Below, one piece after another: positions 36,661 to 48,530 of a stretch of 64,000 bases of DNA. The translations under genes were made by a program, and so were the position numbers. Source of the stretch: Squalus acanthias. Its lineage: Eukaryota. The notes below the pieces were generated by a model. That model searched no databases. It was not told where the DNA came from and saw only the letters and a program-made list of their open reading frames with translations. Within the stretch, counting starts at the first letter, position 1. Every line of letters starts with the position of its first letter. The stretch spans positions 81,532,001 to 81,596,000 of the forward strand of contig CM059432.1 in assembly GCA_030390025.1 (NCBI GenBank), given 5' to 3'.

Positions 36661-37808
36661 GTTATGATATAGTGCCTGTAACGGAGACCTGGCGTAAACA
36701 TGGGCAGGAATGGGAACTAAACATTACTGGCTACAATGTGTTCAGGAAGGACAGGGAATGAAAGAAGACAGGGGGAGGGGAATAGCAGTATTGATCAAGG
36801 ATAATATTACAGTTCTACAGAGGGACGATATACTTGAGGGTTCAAAGACTGAATCTATTTGGTTAGAGTTAAGGAACAGAAAAGGAGCTGTTCTGTTGCT
36901 GGGTGATTGCAATAGACCCTCAAATAGTGAGAAGGAGATTGAGGAGCAAATCTTTTGGCAAATTTCAGAGAAATGTAAAAATAATAGAGCAGTAATAGTA
37001 GGGGGCTTCAATTATCATCATATAGATGGCGGGGGGGGGAGAGGCGACAGAGGAAAGGGCAAGGAGGGTAATGAATTCCTAAAATGTGTACAGGAGAACT
37101 TCCTTAGTCAGTATGTTTTTAGCCCAACGAGGAATGAAGCAGTGCTGGATCTAGTTCTGGGGAATGAAGTAGGGCAAGTGGAGTGTGTTTCAGTGGGAGA
37201 ACATCTGGGTAATAGTGAACATACTATAATTAGGTTTAAAATAGTTGCGGAAAGCGACGAAGAAAAATCAAACGTGAAAATATCCAGTTGGAAGAGAGCC
37301 AATTTCAGTGATTTAAGAAGGAAACTAACACAGGTGGACTGGAAACAAAGATTGGCCAGGAAAACAGTAAATGAGCAATGGCAGGCCTTCAAGGCGGAGA
37401 TAGTTCAAGTACAAACCAAGCATATTCCCACAAGGAGGAAAGATGGGGCATCCAAAGCTAGAGCTCCCTGGATGATAAAGGAAATAGAGGTTAAAATAAA
37501 ACAGAAAAAGGAGGTTTATGGCAAATGTCAGGTACAGAATACAATCAAAAACCAGGCAGAATACAGAGAGTGCAAGGGGAAATTGAAAAAGGATACAAGA
37601 AGGACAAAGAGAGAGAGACACATGGCAGATGCAATTTAATGTGGATAAGTGTGAAGTGATTCAGAAGGCAATTTGACATGTACTTGAGGATTAATTGGCA
37701 TGTAATGGGGATAAAACTAGGGTGTGGGATTAAATTGGGCAGCTCTTTCAAAGAGTCGGCACAGGCACGATGGGCCAAATGGCCTCATTGTGTGCCGTAA
37801 GATTCTAT

Positions 37809-38573
37809 GGGGGAAAAATTTGGTTGGTTAGCGCCTCCCTTTAGCGCCCGAGCGCGGTGATTTTAGCATCGCTCGCGAAATTGACCAGTCATTTTGCGGC
37901 GGAGCTAAACACTACCGCCACGATCTCCTGCGCCCGCAGGTCGTGACGTCAGTCAAACGTGCAACGCCCTGGTAGCAGTCCAGACCGGATATTGAGTCGC
38001 GCCCCCCTGCCTTAGTGCCAGCCACTAGGAACGACAGGTAGAGGGGAACGTTTTCAAGTCGGGAAGGGGCTGGGGGAACGCTATTTAAAGGCGGGCACTT
38101 CCTGCCTTTTCTTGTCAGCAAAATTTTTGGTTTTAACGCTGTCCTAAGGAGTTTTGGCCTCAGCACCACTTTTGAGGTTCCTAAGCGCCGAGCTCTTTCC
38201 CTGGGCCGATCCATTAGTGCTTCCAACACAATTGCTTTAGAGGTCTCTCCAGGCTGAGATTCAAGGCTGCAATGAGCAGGGTGTGGCTGGCCAGCAAGAT
38301 GGCTCCTCCCCTTTAAGAACTGGACGGCGCCAGTCTGTCTGGCTTCCATGGTAACTGACATCGCCTGAGCTTCGTTAGCGTTCTGAGATAGCGCCTCGCT
38401 CCCTGATGTTTGCGCCTTAAGAGAGGAGTGTTGCGCCTGATTTAGCGCTCAAATCACCTCCAGGGGCGATAGAGGTGAATTTTGCAGTCGGAGGCGATAA
38501 TTAGCACCGGGCGCTAACTTTGCGCCCGGCCGATATTAGCGCCCCAAAATGGGCGATACCGAATTTTTCCCCC
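37809..38573. mobile_element. Harbinger MITE inserted in the CR1 tail
   Basis: TIR GGGGGAAAAATT/AATTTTTCCCCC, TSD TAT; homologous to 60530-61422 and 41930-42316. Confidence 0.92.
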
Positions 38574-38585
38574 TATGATTCTATG

Positions 38586-40361
38586 GCTCAGCACGTCTCC
38601 TCGAGGAGCCTGGTGCCAAGGACCCACATCCAATGTCGGAAGAAGTTCAACAACCTCACTCGGGTGGTCAGGGTGAGTACCTGCTTTTCAATATCTCTAC
38701 ATCCCTCCATCTCAACTTCACTCTGTGCCCAGATGGTTTAAAAACCCAAATGTCCAACACTCATCTAAGAGCTATGGCCATCTCATAAAACTCACATGCA
38801 TATCCCACACCTTACACACATTAATGGCTATTCAACTATGGTGGGCACATCTGCCAAACGTATGGTTGCACACTCACTCACACTGTCCTTTTTCTTGCAG
38901 GCCAAGCTGTCTCATAACAGACGGGAGCAGCAACGCACGGGAGGAGGACTGGCGGACTGACACCCCTGACTGAGTTGGAGGACAGAGTGCACAGGATCAT
39001 TGCCAGCCAGGTCATCGGTACTGTGGCTGCTGGAGAGCTCGACCCCCCTGGGGACAACAATGGTATGTTCATCAGCTTTCTCTCCTCTCTCATACCACTT
39101 CCCCCTCACAACACCAGCCTTTTACACTTTCAATCCAACTAACTGTCTCCAGTCCTTGCTCCCTTCCTGCCCCCCTGCCCTCACGTTAAAGCCACTCTTG
39201 TACCTTCCTGCTTTCAGATAGTGAACCACCAGCTGACCAGCCTGTCCCTCAGCCTGCCAGTGGCAGCGACACGCCAGACAAGGAGGAAGAGGAAGCCGGA
39301 GACTCACCGCCTGCGTGTCCCGAGGGTGACACATCTGACACTGGGGCCACGACTTCCCTGGAGGGGAGCAGGGGGTTAGTGTCTGATGAGGGTGAAGCTC
39401 CTGGGCCCAGCGGGCTGCAGCGACACCATGGGGGTAGGGAAGCTCGGGAGCTATCTCCCCGGAGAGTGAGTAGGTGCGCGAGTTCTGCTGCACTGGACAC
39501 GGATGAGGACCTCGACATCACGGCCAGGAATTGAGGACCTCGACATCACGGCCAGGAATACCCAGGCCTTGAGCGTGCACACTGAGCTCATGGTTGCAGT
39601 GGCAAGGGTACCCGACAGCATGGATGCACTGGCTAGGTGTGTGGAGGAGTCTGCCTCTAGCACAGCTGTCATCTGTGCGCAATCCCTTGAACCCATCCTT
39701 GCCTCGTTGCAGAGGATGGTGGAATTGCAGGGAGACCGTGGTGAACCAGAGCCCATGCCGCGTGTAATGGGTGAGGTGGCAGGATCCATTGCAGCACAGG
39801 CCGACGCAACGGGTTAGTGCTGCAATTGAGTCAGTGGTTGGTGCCATCCAGTCTCAGACTGCTCTCATGCAGTCTCAGATTGATGCCACGCAAGCACTGA
39901 CTGCTGCCATCCTCGCTGGGTCGACCACTGTCCCCCGGGGATCTCACGGTGCCGCAGCAGGCCAGCAATCTGTGCTCGAGCAGATTGCTCCGGATGCTAT
40001 GGTACTGCCCTGTGGGAGTGCCAGTGTGTCGGTCGAGCAGGAAGGTGCTGTCCTCTCTCAGGATGACAGCATTCCTGCTCCCACCACTGGCACTTCCCCA
40101 TTGCACTTGGCATGGCCTGCAACACAGCCAGCCCAGACTGCTGCCGCCCATGCAGAGTTGGTGCAGTCTGCAGCCGGGCCCTCCAGGCCCAGAGCTGGTC
40201 GCGGGCGTCCTGCAAGGGCATCTGCAGTCTCTGGATCCAGCATTCAGCAGCCTTCCACCAGCCTTGCTGCAGCCACTGGGGCCACAATACGGAGGAGCAG
40301 TAGGATGGGAAGGGGGGAAGTGTGCAGGGGATGGAGATCACCCTCGAAGGCCCAACAGTAG
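38586..40361 (+). pseudogene. Harbinger Myb/SANT-like accessory gene, spliced and disrupted
   Basis: PRTHIQCRKKFNNLTRVVR|GTGAGT..TTGCAG|AKLSHNRREQQRTGGG; 28-bp tandem duplication 39504-39559. Confidence 0.85.
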
Positions 40362-40657
40362 AATCTGTAAATAAATGGGGGGAATGTTTGTGGGAAAGTT
40401 CGATGTTGATGTTATTATATTTGTTGACTGTTTTGCCGTTTATCTCCATGTTGTGAGAATGAGTTTTGTTAGTTCATGAATTGTTGGGTTTGTTTCTAAT
40501 TGTTTGTCCTGAATAAATGACAGAGTTTGTAATATAAATAAAAACATTTATTCTTACTTTGCTGATTTGACTAATTGCAGCTTTGCCTGGCAATAGGGGG
40601 TGCGGGATGCTTGCGATGATGTGTTTCTTGATCCCAGTAGCCATCTTCTCTGTAAAG

Positions 40658-41826
40658 GTTAGAAGCGGTGTCTTATGAGCCGTTCACGAATGGCCCTTGC
40701 AGTGGCAACATTGTGTGCCACCCTCCCACGTTGGTGCTGCTGATCCTCCTCATCCTCCTCCTCCTCCTCTCCCTCCTCCCTCCTCCTCCTCCTCAGGTGG
40801 TGCACCAATCCCTGGTGGCAATGGCTGGGTCCTCATGATCGCAATGTTATGAAGCATGCAGCACACAACAATGAAGAGGGAGACTCGCTCGGGAGAGTAC
40901 TGCAGGGCTCCTCCTGAGTGGTCCAGACACTGGAACCGTTGTTTCAAGATGCCGATCGTCTGCTCTATGAGGTTCCTGGTGGCGCTATGGCTCTCATTTT
41001 ATTGCAGCTCGGCAGGGGTGTTGGGGTTACGGAGCGGTGTCATCAGCCAGGTGCAGAGTGGATAACCCTTGTCCCTGAGGAGCCAGCCATGAGGTTGAAA
41101 CGGTGGTTGGAAGAGATCTGCGACACCAGTCTGGTGCAGGATAAAAGCATCGTGGCTGCTGCCAGGATAGCGGGCATTGACTGGCGAGGATGCGCTGTCT
41201 GTGGTCACAGACCAACTGGACATTCAGAGAGTGGAAGCCCTTGCGGTTTCGGAACACCTCTGCATTCTCAAGAGGTGCCCGCAATGCCACATGCGTGCAG
41301 TCAATGGCACCCTGAACCATAGGGAAGCCCGCTATCCTAGCAAAGCCACATGCACGTTCGCGCTGTTTGTCCCAGGTCATGGGGAAAGAGATGTACTGGC
41401 GTCTCCTTTTATACAGAGCATTTGTCTCCTTCCGATGCAACAATGAACAGCGAACTGGGAGATATTCGCTATGTCCCTAGTAGGAGCCTGAAAGGAGCCG
41501 CTGGCATAGAAATTGAGAGCCACCGTCACCTTCACTGCCATCGACAGAGACGTCCTGTTCCTGAGCTGAGGCTGCAGATCTGGTTGCAGGAGGCGGCAGA
41601 GCTCAGTGACCACCTCCTTGCTGAAGCAGAGCCTGCGGAAACACTGCTCCTCAGACAAATGGATATAGGAGAATTGCTCCCGGAATACCCTGGGAGGGTA
41701 AGGTCTCCTGTGCAGAGGCCTGTTGGCCCTCCTCCCTCTGGCCACGTTTGCCACTCTCTCTCTGCACCTCTGCTGCCTCCAAAGGTGAAACTGGAGGACG
41801 ACGCCCCGACTTAGTGCAGCCCCCAT
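40658..41826 (-). pseudogene. Harbinger DDE transposase (HARBI1-family), frameshifted
   Basis: [72 protein letters not shown]. Confidence 0.95.
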
Positions 41827-41997
41827 AAAATCTTCTAAATATGGTAAATATGAAGGTCAGATAAATATGAACCTCAAAAGTGGTGCTGAGGACCCAAAAC
41901 TCCTTAGGGCAGCGTTAAATCTCTCCAGACGTCTCTCTCCCTTTCAACCTGCGTGTACCAAAAATTTTGCCGACAAGAAAAGGCAGGAAGCGCCCGC

Positions 41998-42007
41998 CTT
42001 TAAATAG
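41998..42007 (-). promoter_or_regulatory. Candidate TATA box of the transposase gene
   Basis: CTATTTAAAG ~175 nt upstream of the ATG at 41826; conserved in both derived MITEs. Confidence 0.45.
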
Positions 42008-43854
42008 CGCTCCCCCAGCCCCTTTCCCACTTGAAAACGTTCCCCTTTATCTGTCATTCCTAGCGCAAGGTGCGAAGGCAATGGGCGCAACTCAATTTCC
42101 AGTCCGGGACACTAACGGGACATTGCACATTTGCATGACGTCACGATCTGCGGGTGCAGGAGATCGTGGCGGTAGTGTTTAGCGCCAGCGCAAAACGACT
42201 GGTCAATTTCGCGAGCGGCGCTAAAATCGCTGCACTCGGGCGCTAAGTTGCTAATGCTCCGTTAGCGCCCCCCGGAGGCGTTAACGTGAGGCGCTAACCA
42301 ACAGAATTTTTCCCCCAATGAGTGTTGGCGACAGTCAGGCTGGAGAGAAGTTGTCTGGTGGGATTTAAATGAGCCTCGGTGGTTAAAATTGGCCGGAGCT
42401 CATTCTGCCACAGGCGGGCGGGAAATTAACTTGCCAGAGTGATTTCCTGCTAAAAACCCGCTGGCACTTGAAATTCAGGCTACAATCAATTCAAAAACAA
42501 ATCACTCTTCTTTAAGATTCATTTATACAACTGCAGTGGTTAAGTTGAAGCATTCATTATTTGTTATGATGGGAGCATGGATCAGATATAAGGTTACAAC
42601 ACCGTAACTCCAAATCACTGACCTGTGCTCCCTCCGAACCCAGTTCCCCACTAGGAATGCAGTAGCGCCGAATTTAGCAAATTGTTACTTATCTGGTATC
42701 CACTTCAGGAATAAATTGGCTAACCAAACTTCTAATTCTGCAAATCTGAGGGCCGATTTTCTGAACGTGTGCTTCTGACTGGGAGTCTTAGTCACACAAA
42801 TCGAGAAATTATGGGCATGCTGGCTGTAATTAAAATGAATGGGTGGAAAATCATGGGCAGCATGACTCCTGTCAGTAGTACGCATTCATAATATTGTCCA
42901 TATGGTGATATCCTTCATATGTAACACAGCAGCCTTTAATATTTTCTGCAGTACTTCATGAGAAATTATAAAGTAGTAATCCATTAGTTATAAAGCACTT
43001 GGGGACGTCCTGAGAATGTGATAAGATGCTACATAAATTCAATTTCTTCCTTTCTAAATAAAATAAAGGTTAAAGATATTTATCTGCAGTAAAAAAAAAT
43101 CCAACTGCTGGATCTACTTTATAAACTTCAATTATCCTATTTTGAAGCAGTAAAAAAATAAAGTTTGGCTGGGATTCATGTTTTACTTGAAATTAATAGC
43201 TTTGCTAGACAAGGGTGGAGGAAAGAGTATGGGCACCGGGTTCTGTATTAATGCGTGCCAATTAGATCATCTGGCACGCAGATATTGGAGCTCTTTCTCT
43301 GGAGCTCATAGAACACATCACCATCAGTTAATTCAGATTTGAATTTCAATCAAAGTAGCAGTTGTGGAAGGAAGCTGATATCCACCAAGAAATTTCTACA
43401 GAAGTGTTAATTATTGGCAGCAATAACATTTGGAAACCATAACGCGGCATTTGATATTGTTAACCACAGCCTGAATCTGACAGCCTTGATGGAAATATCA
43501 CTTAGGTGATTAGGATTTTAATGGCACTGCTCTTTGATTCCTTCATTTACTGGGCACATTGTATGGTACTCTCCAATGCTGATGTATTAGTGCTATATCA
43601 TTTTTCTAGTCAAAGACAAATAATTCACTGAAATGTTGCTTGTACACTAAGGGGTTGAAATACCTTTGCATGTGATTTTTAACGCATAACTTAATGCATT
43701 CATGACAAATTGTTTGCATTTTTAAGAAATAATTAAACTATTTAAAATTAATGGCTTAATGTCTTTGCATCAAATTCTTGTATGTACTATTTTAGCAAAC
43801 TCATTGTGCTAAAAATAACTCGGAGGAATTTCAACCTTTAATAGCTAAATGCAA

Positions 43855-44290
43855 ACATATGAACATATGAAAAAGACCAACAGTAAGAGATCAGCTGGTC
43901 CATCAAGTCTATTTGATTTAGATGAGTTGCAACTAGGCAACACATCCCTCAATGCTCCCCACACACCAGCAGCCATGTAATCTCCTGGGAGAAGCAAAAA
44001 GCAGATTTTTTTAAACTCTAGGCCAATTCAGGGGGAAAACATTTATGGTAAATTTGTCTCTGACCCCTGAAGGTGATTAAAACAAGTTCCAGGAGATAAC
44101 AATGACCACAAGGTGCATTACTCAACATCCACCTACCTGTAGTGTGCAGTAATATCAGCCTTCTCCAGAAACCTGTCCAGCTCCCTTTTGAACATTTGCA
44201 GTGGAGTTAAGATCCAGACCAAACGTGATCTAATTGAATGGCGGAACAGGCTCGAGGGGATGAATAGCCTATTCCTGTTCCTATGTTCCA
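43855..44290. mobile_element. Two short CR1 3' ends (- strand 43855-44200; + strand 44205-44290)
   Basis: FKRELDRFL on -; GAATGGCGGAACAGGCTCGAGGGG..CCTATGTTC on +. Confidence 0.65.
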
Positions 44291-44399
44291 GTGAATCTAC
44301 ACCCACTGCAGATTCAGCCATGTTGAACATCGAAAGGACTACAGCCAATCATTTACCTTGCTCTATCTCATCGATATCAGACAGAGCTGTCAATCAAAA

Positions 44400-44665
44400 T
44401 CACCATGTCCAAGCTGGCCTTGTTGAGGAATGAATGTTAGCCAGGTGGTAATTTTGATTGATCAGGAGAACTTCCTGTTTTTCTTCAAAAATGCCATGGG
44501 ATATTTCACATCCACTTGAACCGGCAAAGCCACAGTTTTAACGTCTCGTGAAATTGGACAACTTTGACAATGTAACAATCCCTCAGTATTGCACTAATAT
44601 GTCAACCTAAATTATATGCTCATGTCCTGGAGTGTAGTTTGAAGCCATGAACTTCTTACTCAGAA
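44400..44665 (-). mobile_element. Degraded Deu-domain SINE
   Basis: Aligns by eye to 8980-9415. Confidence 0.65.
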
Positions 44666-44924
44666 ATATGTGAAAGTGTGTTGAAGAAGATAATATTTAA
44701 GATTTAACAGTATCAGCTGTGCATTCCTCAACATAGTCAATATACTTCACCAGCCCCAAAGTCAACAATTTAACTTCCACATTTTTGCCACATGTAATGC
44801 ACTAGAACCTAGTTTCTGTGCTTATCAAGGGTTAACTAAGTTGTCACATTTCGTGTTTCTCCAGATACTTTTTTCCTGTGTGCAGCACAAAAAACAGCTC
44901 CCTTGTGCACAAAGTATTCTGGGA

Positions 44925-45015
44925 TAGAAATAGAACATGTTGGAAATACACAGCAGGCCAGTCAGCATTGGTAAAGGGCAAAAAACATTTCAGGTGTGTA
45001 CCCTTCCTCAGACTG
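44925..45015 (-). mobile_element. Solo Penelope 3'-terminal unit with hammerhead core
   Basis: Minus strand CAGT-CTGAGGA-A-GGGT ACAC ACCT-GAAA-TGTT; 3' arm of stem I decayed. Confidence 0.65.
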
Positions 45016-45510
45016 CCGCTTCTCATCCGGGAATGCCAGCCTTGGCGGACTCTGGATTAAATGTAGGAATTACACTATGTACCTTCATAACTTCAGAGGA
45101 TGATTAATAACAGTCACATCAATTACTTTCACAACAGATTAAACTACCAACCAAGTATATTCATAAAGTAATTTACAGCAGCAAGCAGTTGTTGAAGTCG
45201 GTTCAAATAATACAGAAGTTTTGAACCAGTTTATGAAAGGGTTAAACAGACAGACCAATCAATTGAATTCCTTTGAATGGCTTTCTTTGCACAACTTTCA
45301 AACAAGCAATGGAAAAATGTTTCTCAGAAAGGGAATAGTTGCTTGATGCCTGTTGGTTATCGTCTTTCCCAGAATTACATGGACATCTTACCCATGGAGT
45401 CTTGCCTCCCCATTGATTGTGGCCAAGTCAAAATTGTAACTAACTGGCATATCAAAAGTGTCTCATTCTTAGACCCCGAAAACCCTTTGAAATATGATCT
45501 CAAACAAGAA

Positions 45511-46177
45511 GGGCTGGATTTTCATTGACCCGTGGAGGTGGGTTTGGAGGCGTGTGTGGGGTTAAAATTGCAAAAACTGGCGGGCGGGCACAAGTCCGCC
45601 TCCATGCAATTTTCATTAAATCGTGTCTGCTGGTCCCGACTCCGTCCCGCCTTTAAGAGGCGGGATAGGCTGTTAAAGCCCTTAACAAGCACTAAATTGC
45701 CTCTATAATGCCATTTTGAAAGGCCTTTGTGATTTTAACCCTTTTTGTACGTGAAGCACGCCTGTTCTGAACCACGAATGTGAAACCTGGCGGGAGCACA
45801 TTTGGATAGCTGACGCTGGCTGGCTGGCTGGCTGGGAGTGGTGGTGCAAGGGAGACATATCTGGGAGTGGTGGTGCAAAAATATCTGGGAGCAGACTTAG
45901 GGCTGCTGCTGCTCATTTTGCATCCAGGTCCTCTCACAGCAAAGGCCAGGCAGTCTCTGAAGACCTTCAATGCAGCAGCAATGATGACATCATCAGAGGC
46001 GACTTTCAGACTGAAAACACTAATACACTAATTGGGTCATGGATTCCCACATGCTGGAACTCAATTGCCCAATTAGGTGAAAATAGCATCAATCTCCCAC
46101 ATCCAATTGCAGTCGGGTGGATAACACGAAAAGTGGATAACACCACCCCAACCCGCCCCAGTATCAAAATCCAGCCC
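45511..46177. mobile_element. Harbinger MITE
   Basis: TIR GGGCTGGATTTT/AAAATCCAGCCC, TSD GAA. Confidence 0.92.
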
Positions 46178-46969
46178 GAAATATGCATCGTAAAGTTCTA
46201 GCATACAATGTTCCCACGAAGCTGTGCAGCTGTATGGCATTGTCACTGCCCTATGGACTTTCAATGTCTCTGTTGTATTCTTCTGCTTTGAGAATAAGAT
46301 AGAATTGTTGGGAATTAATTTGTAAAGGTGGTGGTCCCAACATTTCAACCCCTTCATCTCTTTCAAAGATATCGTTCTTATGATAATTGTCCAGGAAAGC
46401 ACTGAGGGAATGGGGAACAGTGAAACTGGAGGCTCCCCCAAGCTCATGAGTATTACTGTAAAGTTCACATTGTATAATGGTTGTCTTACTGAGAGACTGT
46501 CAGATAGTCAATCACATGCTGAATATCAGTAACATCACAGACAGTATTATTACATGCAAATAATGCTTGAAGATGGATGTTCAAGGCAATGTTTTGACAT
46601 TTTATTAATTCTGTTTTCTTAGACAAGGAAGGAAAACTATCTGCCACAGTGTCGCTGAACAAGTCAGCAACTCACAGCACCCTATGTCACCATTATCTCT
46701 GCCAAGCACCAGCACAGTGACATACACACTAGAGGATGCAGATAGTGAAGGACACCCAGGGTGAGTCATAGTACATGGGGTGGAGCTAAATTGTCTTGTG
46801 CCAAAAAAATCTTAAAGATGCTGTTTTGGCCATCAGCAAGATGGTGGATGAGTGTATAGAGACAACTTTGAGGCAAGAATTTAATACAACACATCTCTAA
46901 TAATCCTTTCTAACAACTTGCCAAGAACTAAAGTTAACGAATGGATCTATAGTTTCCTAGTTCTGACTT

Positions 46970-47740
46970 ACTGCCCTTTTCAAATATAGGCACCACATGG
47001 CCTCACTGGGAGAAATCCCAGACCTCAGTGATCTGTTAAATATTTGAGCTATCTTGTCACTCTACCCAAATCTGCCCTACAGAATGCAGTCATTGATGGC
47101 TCTCTGACTCCAAGCATATATATAAAGCCTTGATATCACTGCCACACCAATCCATTAGCCTCTTTTCCTTTGTTCTTTTGGCCAATCTGATAACAGATTT
47201 TGTTACCCTCAACTGAATCCGATATCTATCCCTATTCTCTTGAGAATTCTTTATCTTGTACCTGGTCAAATATTCCCGCTTTAGTTGAATTTGTCTTTGG
47301 ACATCCCCAGTTAACCATTTTGGTTTTGTTTTACCATGTGCCCCTCTTTTGACCATGGGGTCATATATTCCTTCTGAATGCGTAAGAATGCTTTTAAAAG
47401 TACACCATTTTTCATTCACGCTGCAATTATACTCTCCCCCAGCCAATCTTACTCAAGTTGCCTGCCATTTTTATAAATTTAGCCAGCACTACCATTAAAT
47501 TTTCAGCAACATTGGCTTAAAGGATCAAGTTGAATCTAATGATATTATGGTCACTGTTGCCCAGATGTTCCCCTATATGGAGGTCTGATACAGCATTGAG
47601 GTCACTGCCAAGAATTAGGTCCAGTACATGATTTTCCCTTGTATCTACACTAACATACCATGTAAGGAAGCAATCATTTATAACATACACAAATATTTCT
47701 AACCTGTCCTCATAATATTTGATTGATCATTCTTGGACCA
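46970..47740 (-). mobile_element. Degraded CR1 ORF2 endonuclease/linker fragment
   Basis: LDLILGS, HLGNSDHNIIRF, VNEKWCTFK, KPKWLT. Confidence 0.8.
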
Positions 47741-47744
47741 CTAT

Positions 47745-48530
47745 AGAAAGAAAGAAATTGCATTTATATAATGCCTTTCACGTCCTCAGGACATGCCAAA
47801 GTGTTTCACAGCCAATGAAGTACTTCTGAGGCGTATAATGTAGGGAAATGCGGCAGCCATTTTGCACATAGCAAGTGTTGCTACATGGACAGAAAGGAAA
47901 AGGCGAGTACAGGCGAATCTGGACATGAAGGAAAACCGCTGGAAGAGTAGTACCATATAAGGTGCTGTAATAATAAAAAGGGACCAATAGGAGACAGAAA
48001 TGATTTTCCGCAACACCCACATTGGAAATATATAGCGTACACCCACTAACAATAGATGGTACAATATGAAGAACGCATACCTGCGTTTAATTGTACTCTG
48101 TCTTCATAACTACTGTCTGTGCCAAAGCAAGAATAAAAGTGTTGTAACCAGAACCAAAAGCTGACTTTGTTACTGCTCAAGCAAACGACGTACGCACATG
48201 TTTTTTTTTAATTCAACAGCAAGGTCTCACAAACAGCAATGAAAAAATTAATCTGTTTTAGTGATGTTGGTTGAGGGATAAATATTGGCCAGGACACTGG
48301 GAGAAATCCCTACTGTTCTTCCAATAGTGCCGTGGGATCTTTAACATTCACCTGAACAGGAGACAGGCTTTAGTTTAATGTCTCATGCGAGAAAAGGCAC
48401 CTTCAATAGTGCAGCACTTGCTCAGTCCTGGCACTGGGAGTGTCGGCCTAGATTATGGGCTCAAGTCTCTGGAATGGTGGCTTGAATTCACACCCTTCTG
48501 GGTCAAAGGGGAGAGTGGGGACCACTGACG
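47745..48530 (-). mobile_element. Deu-domain SINE split by a solo LTR
   Basis: Tail 47745-47875 and body 48219-48530 match 8782-9446. Confidence 0.8.
47876..48218 (+). mobile_element. Solo LTR (343 bp)
   Basis: TGTTG...CAACA termini, perfect 5-bp TSD GCAAG, internal TATA-like motif and AATAAA (48132). Confidence 0.8.

Larger units (their letters stand above)
35430..38586 (+). mobile_element. CR1 LINE with ORF1 SGNH esterase and ORF2 endonuclease, RT largely deleted, two nested insertions
   Basis: AVVIGDSIV, VVVHVGTND; SINARS..GYDIV.VTETW, VIVGGFN, LDLVL, GNSEH; jumps at ~37620 to WQMQFN and then to the 3' UTR and (GATTCTAT)n tail. Confidence 0.9.
38586..42316. mobile_element. Harbinger transposon lacking its Myb-side end
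   Basis: Myb-like gene on +, transposase on -, TIR AATTTTTCCCCC at 42316. Confidence 0.92.
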
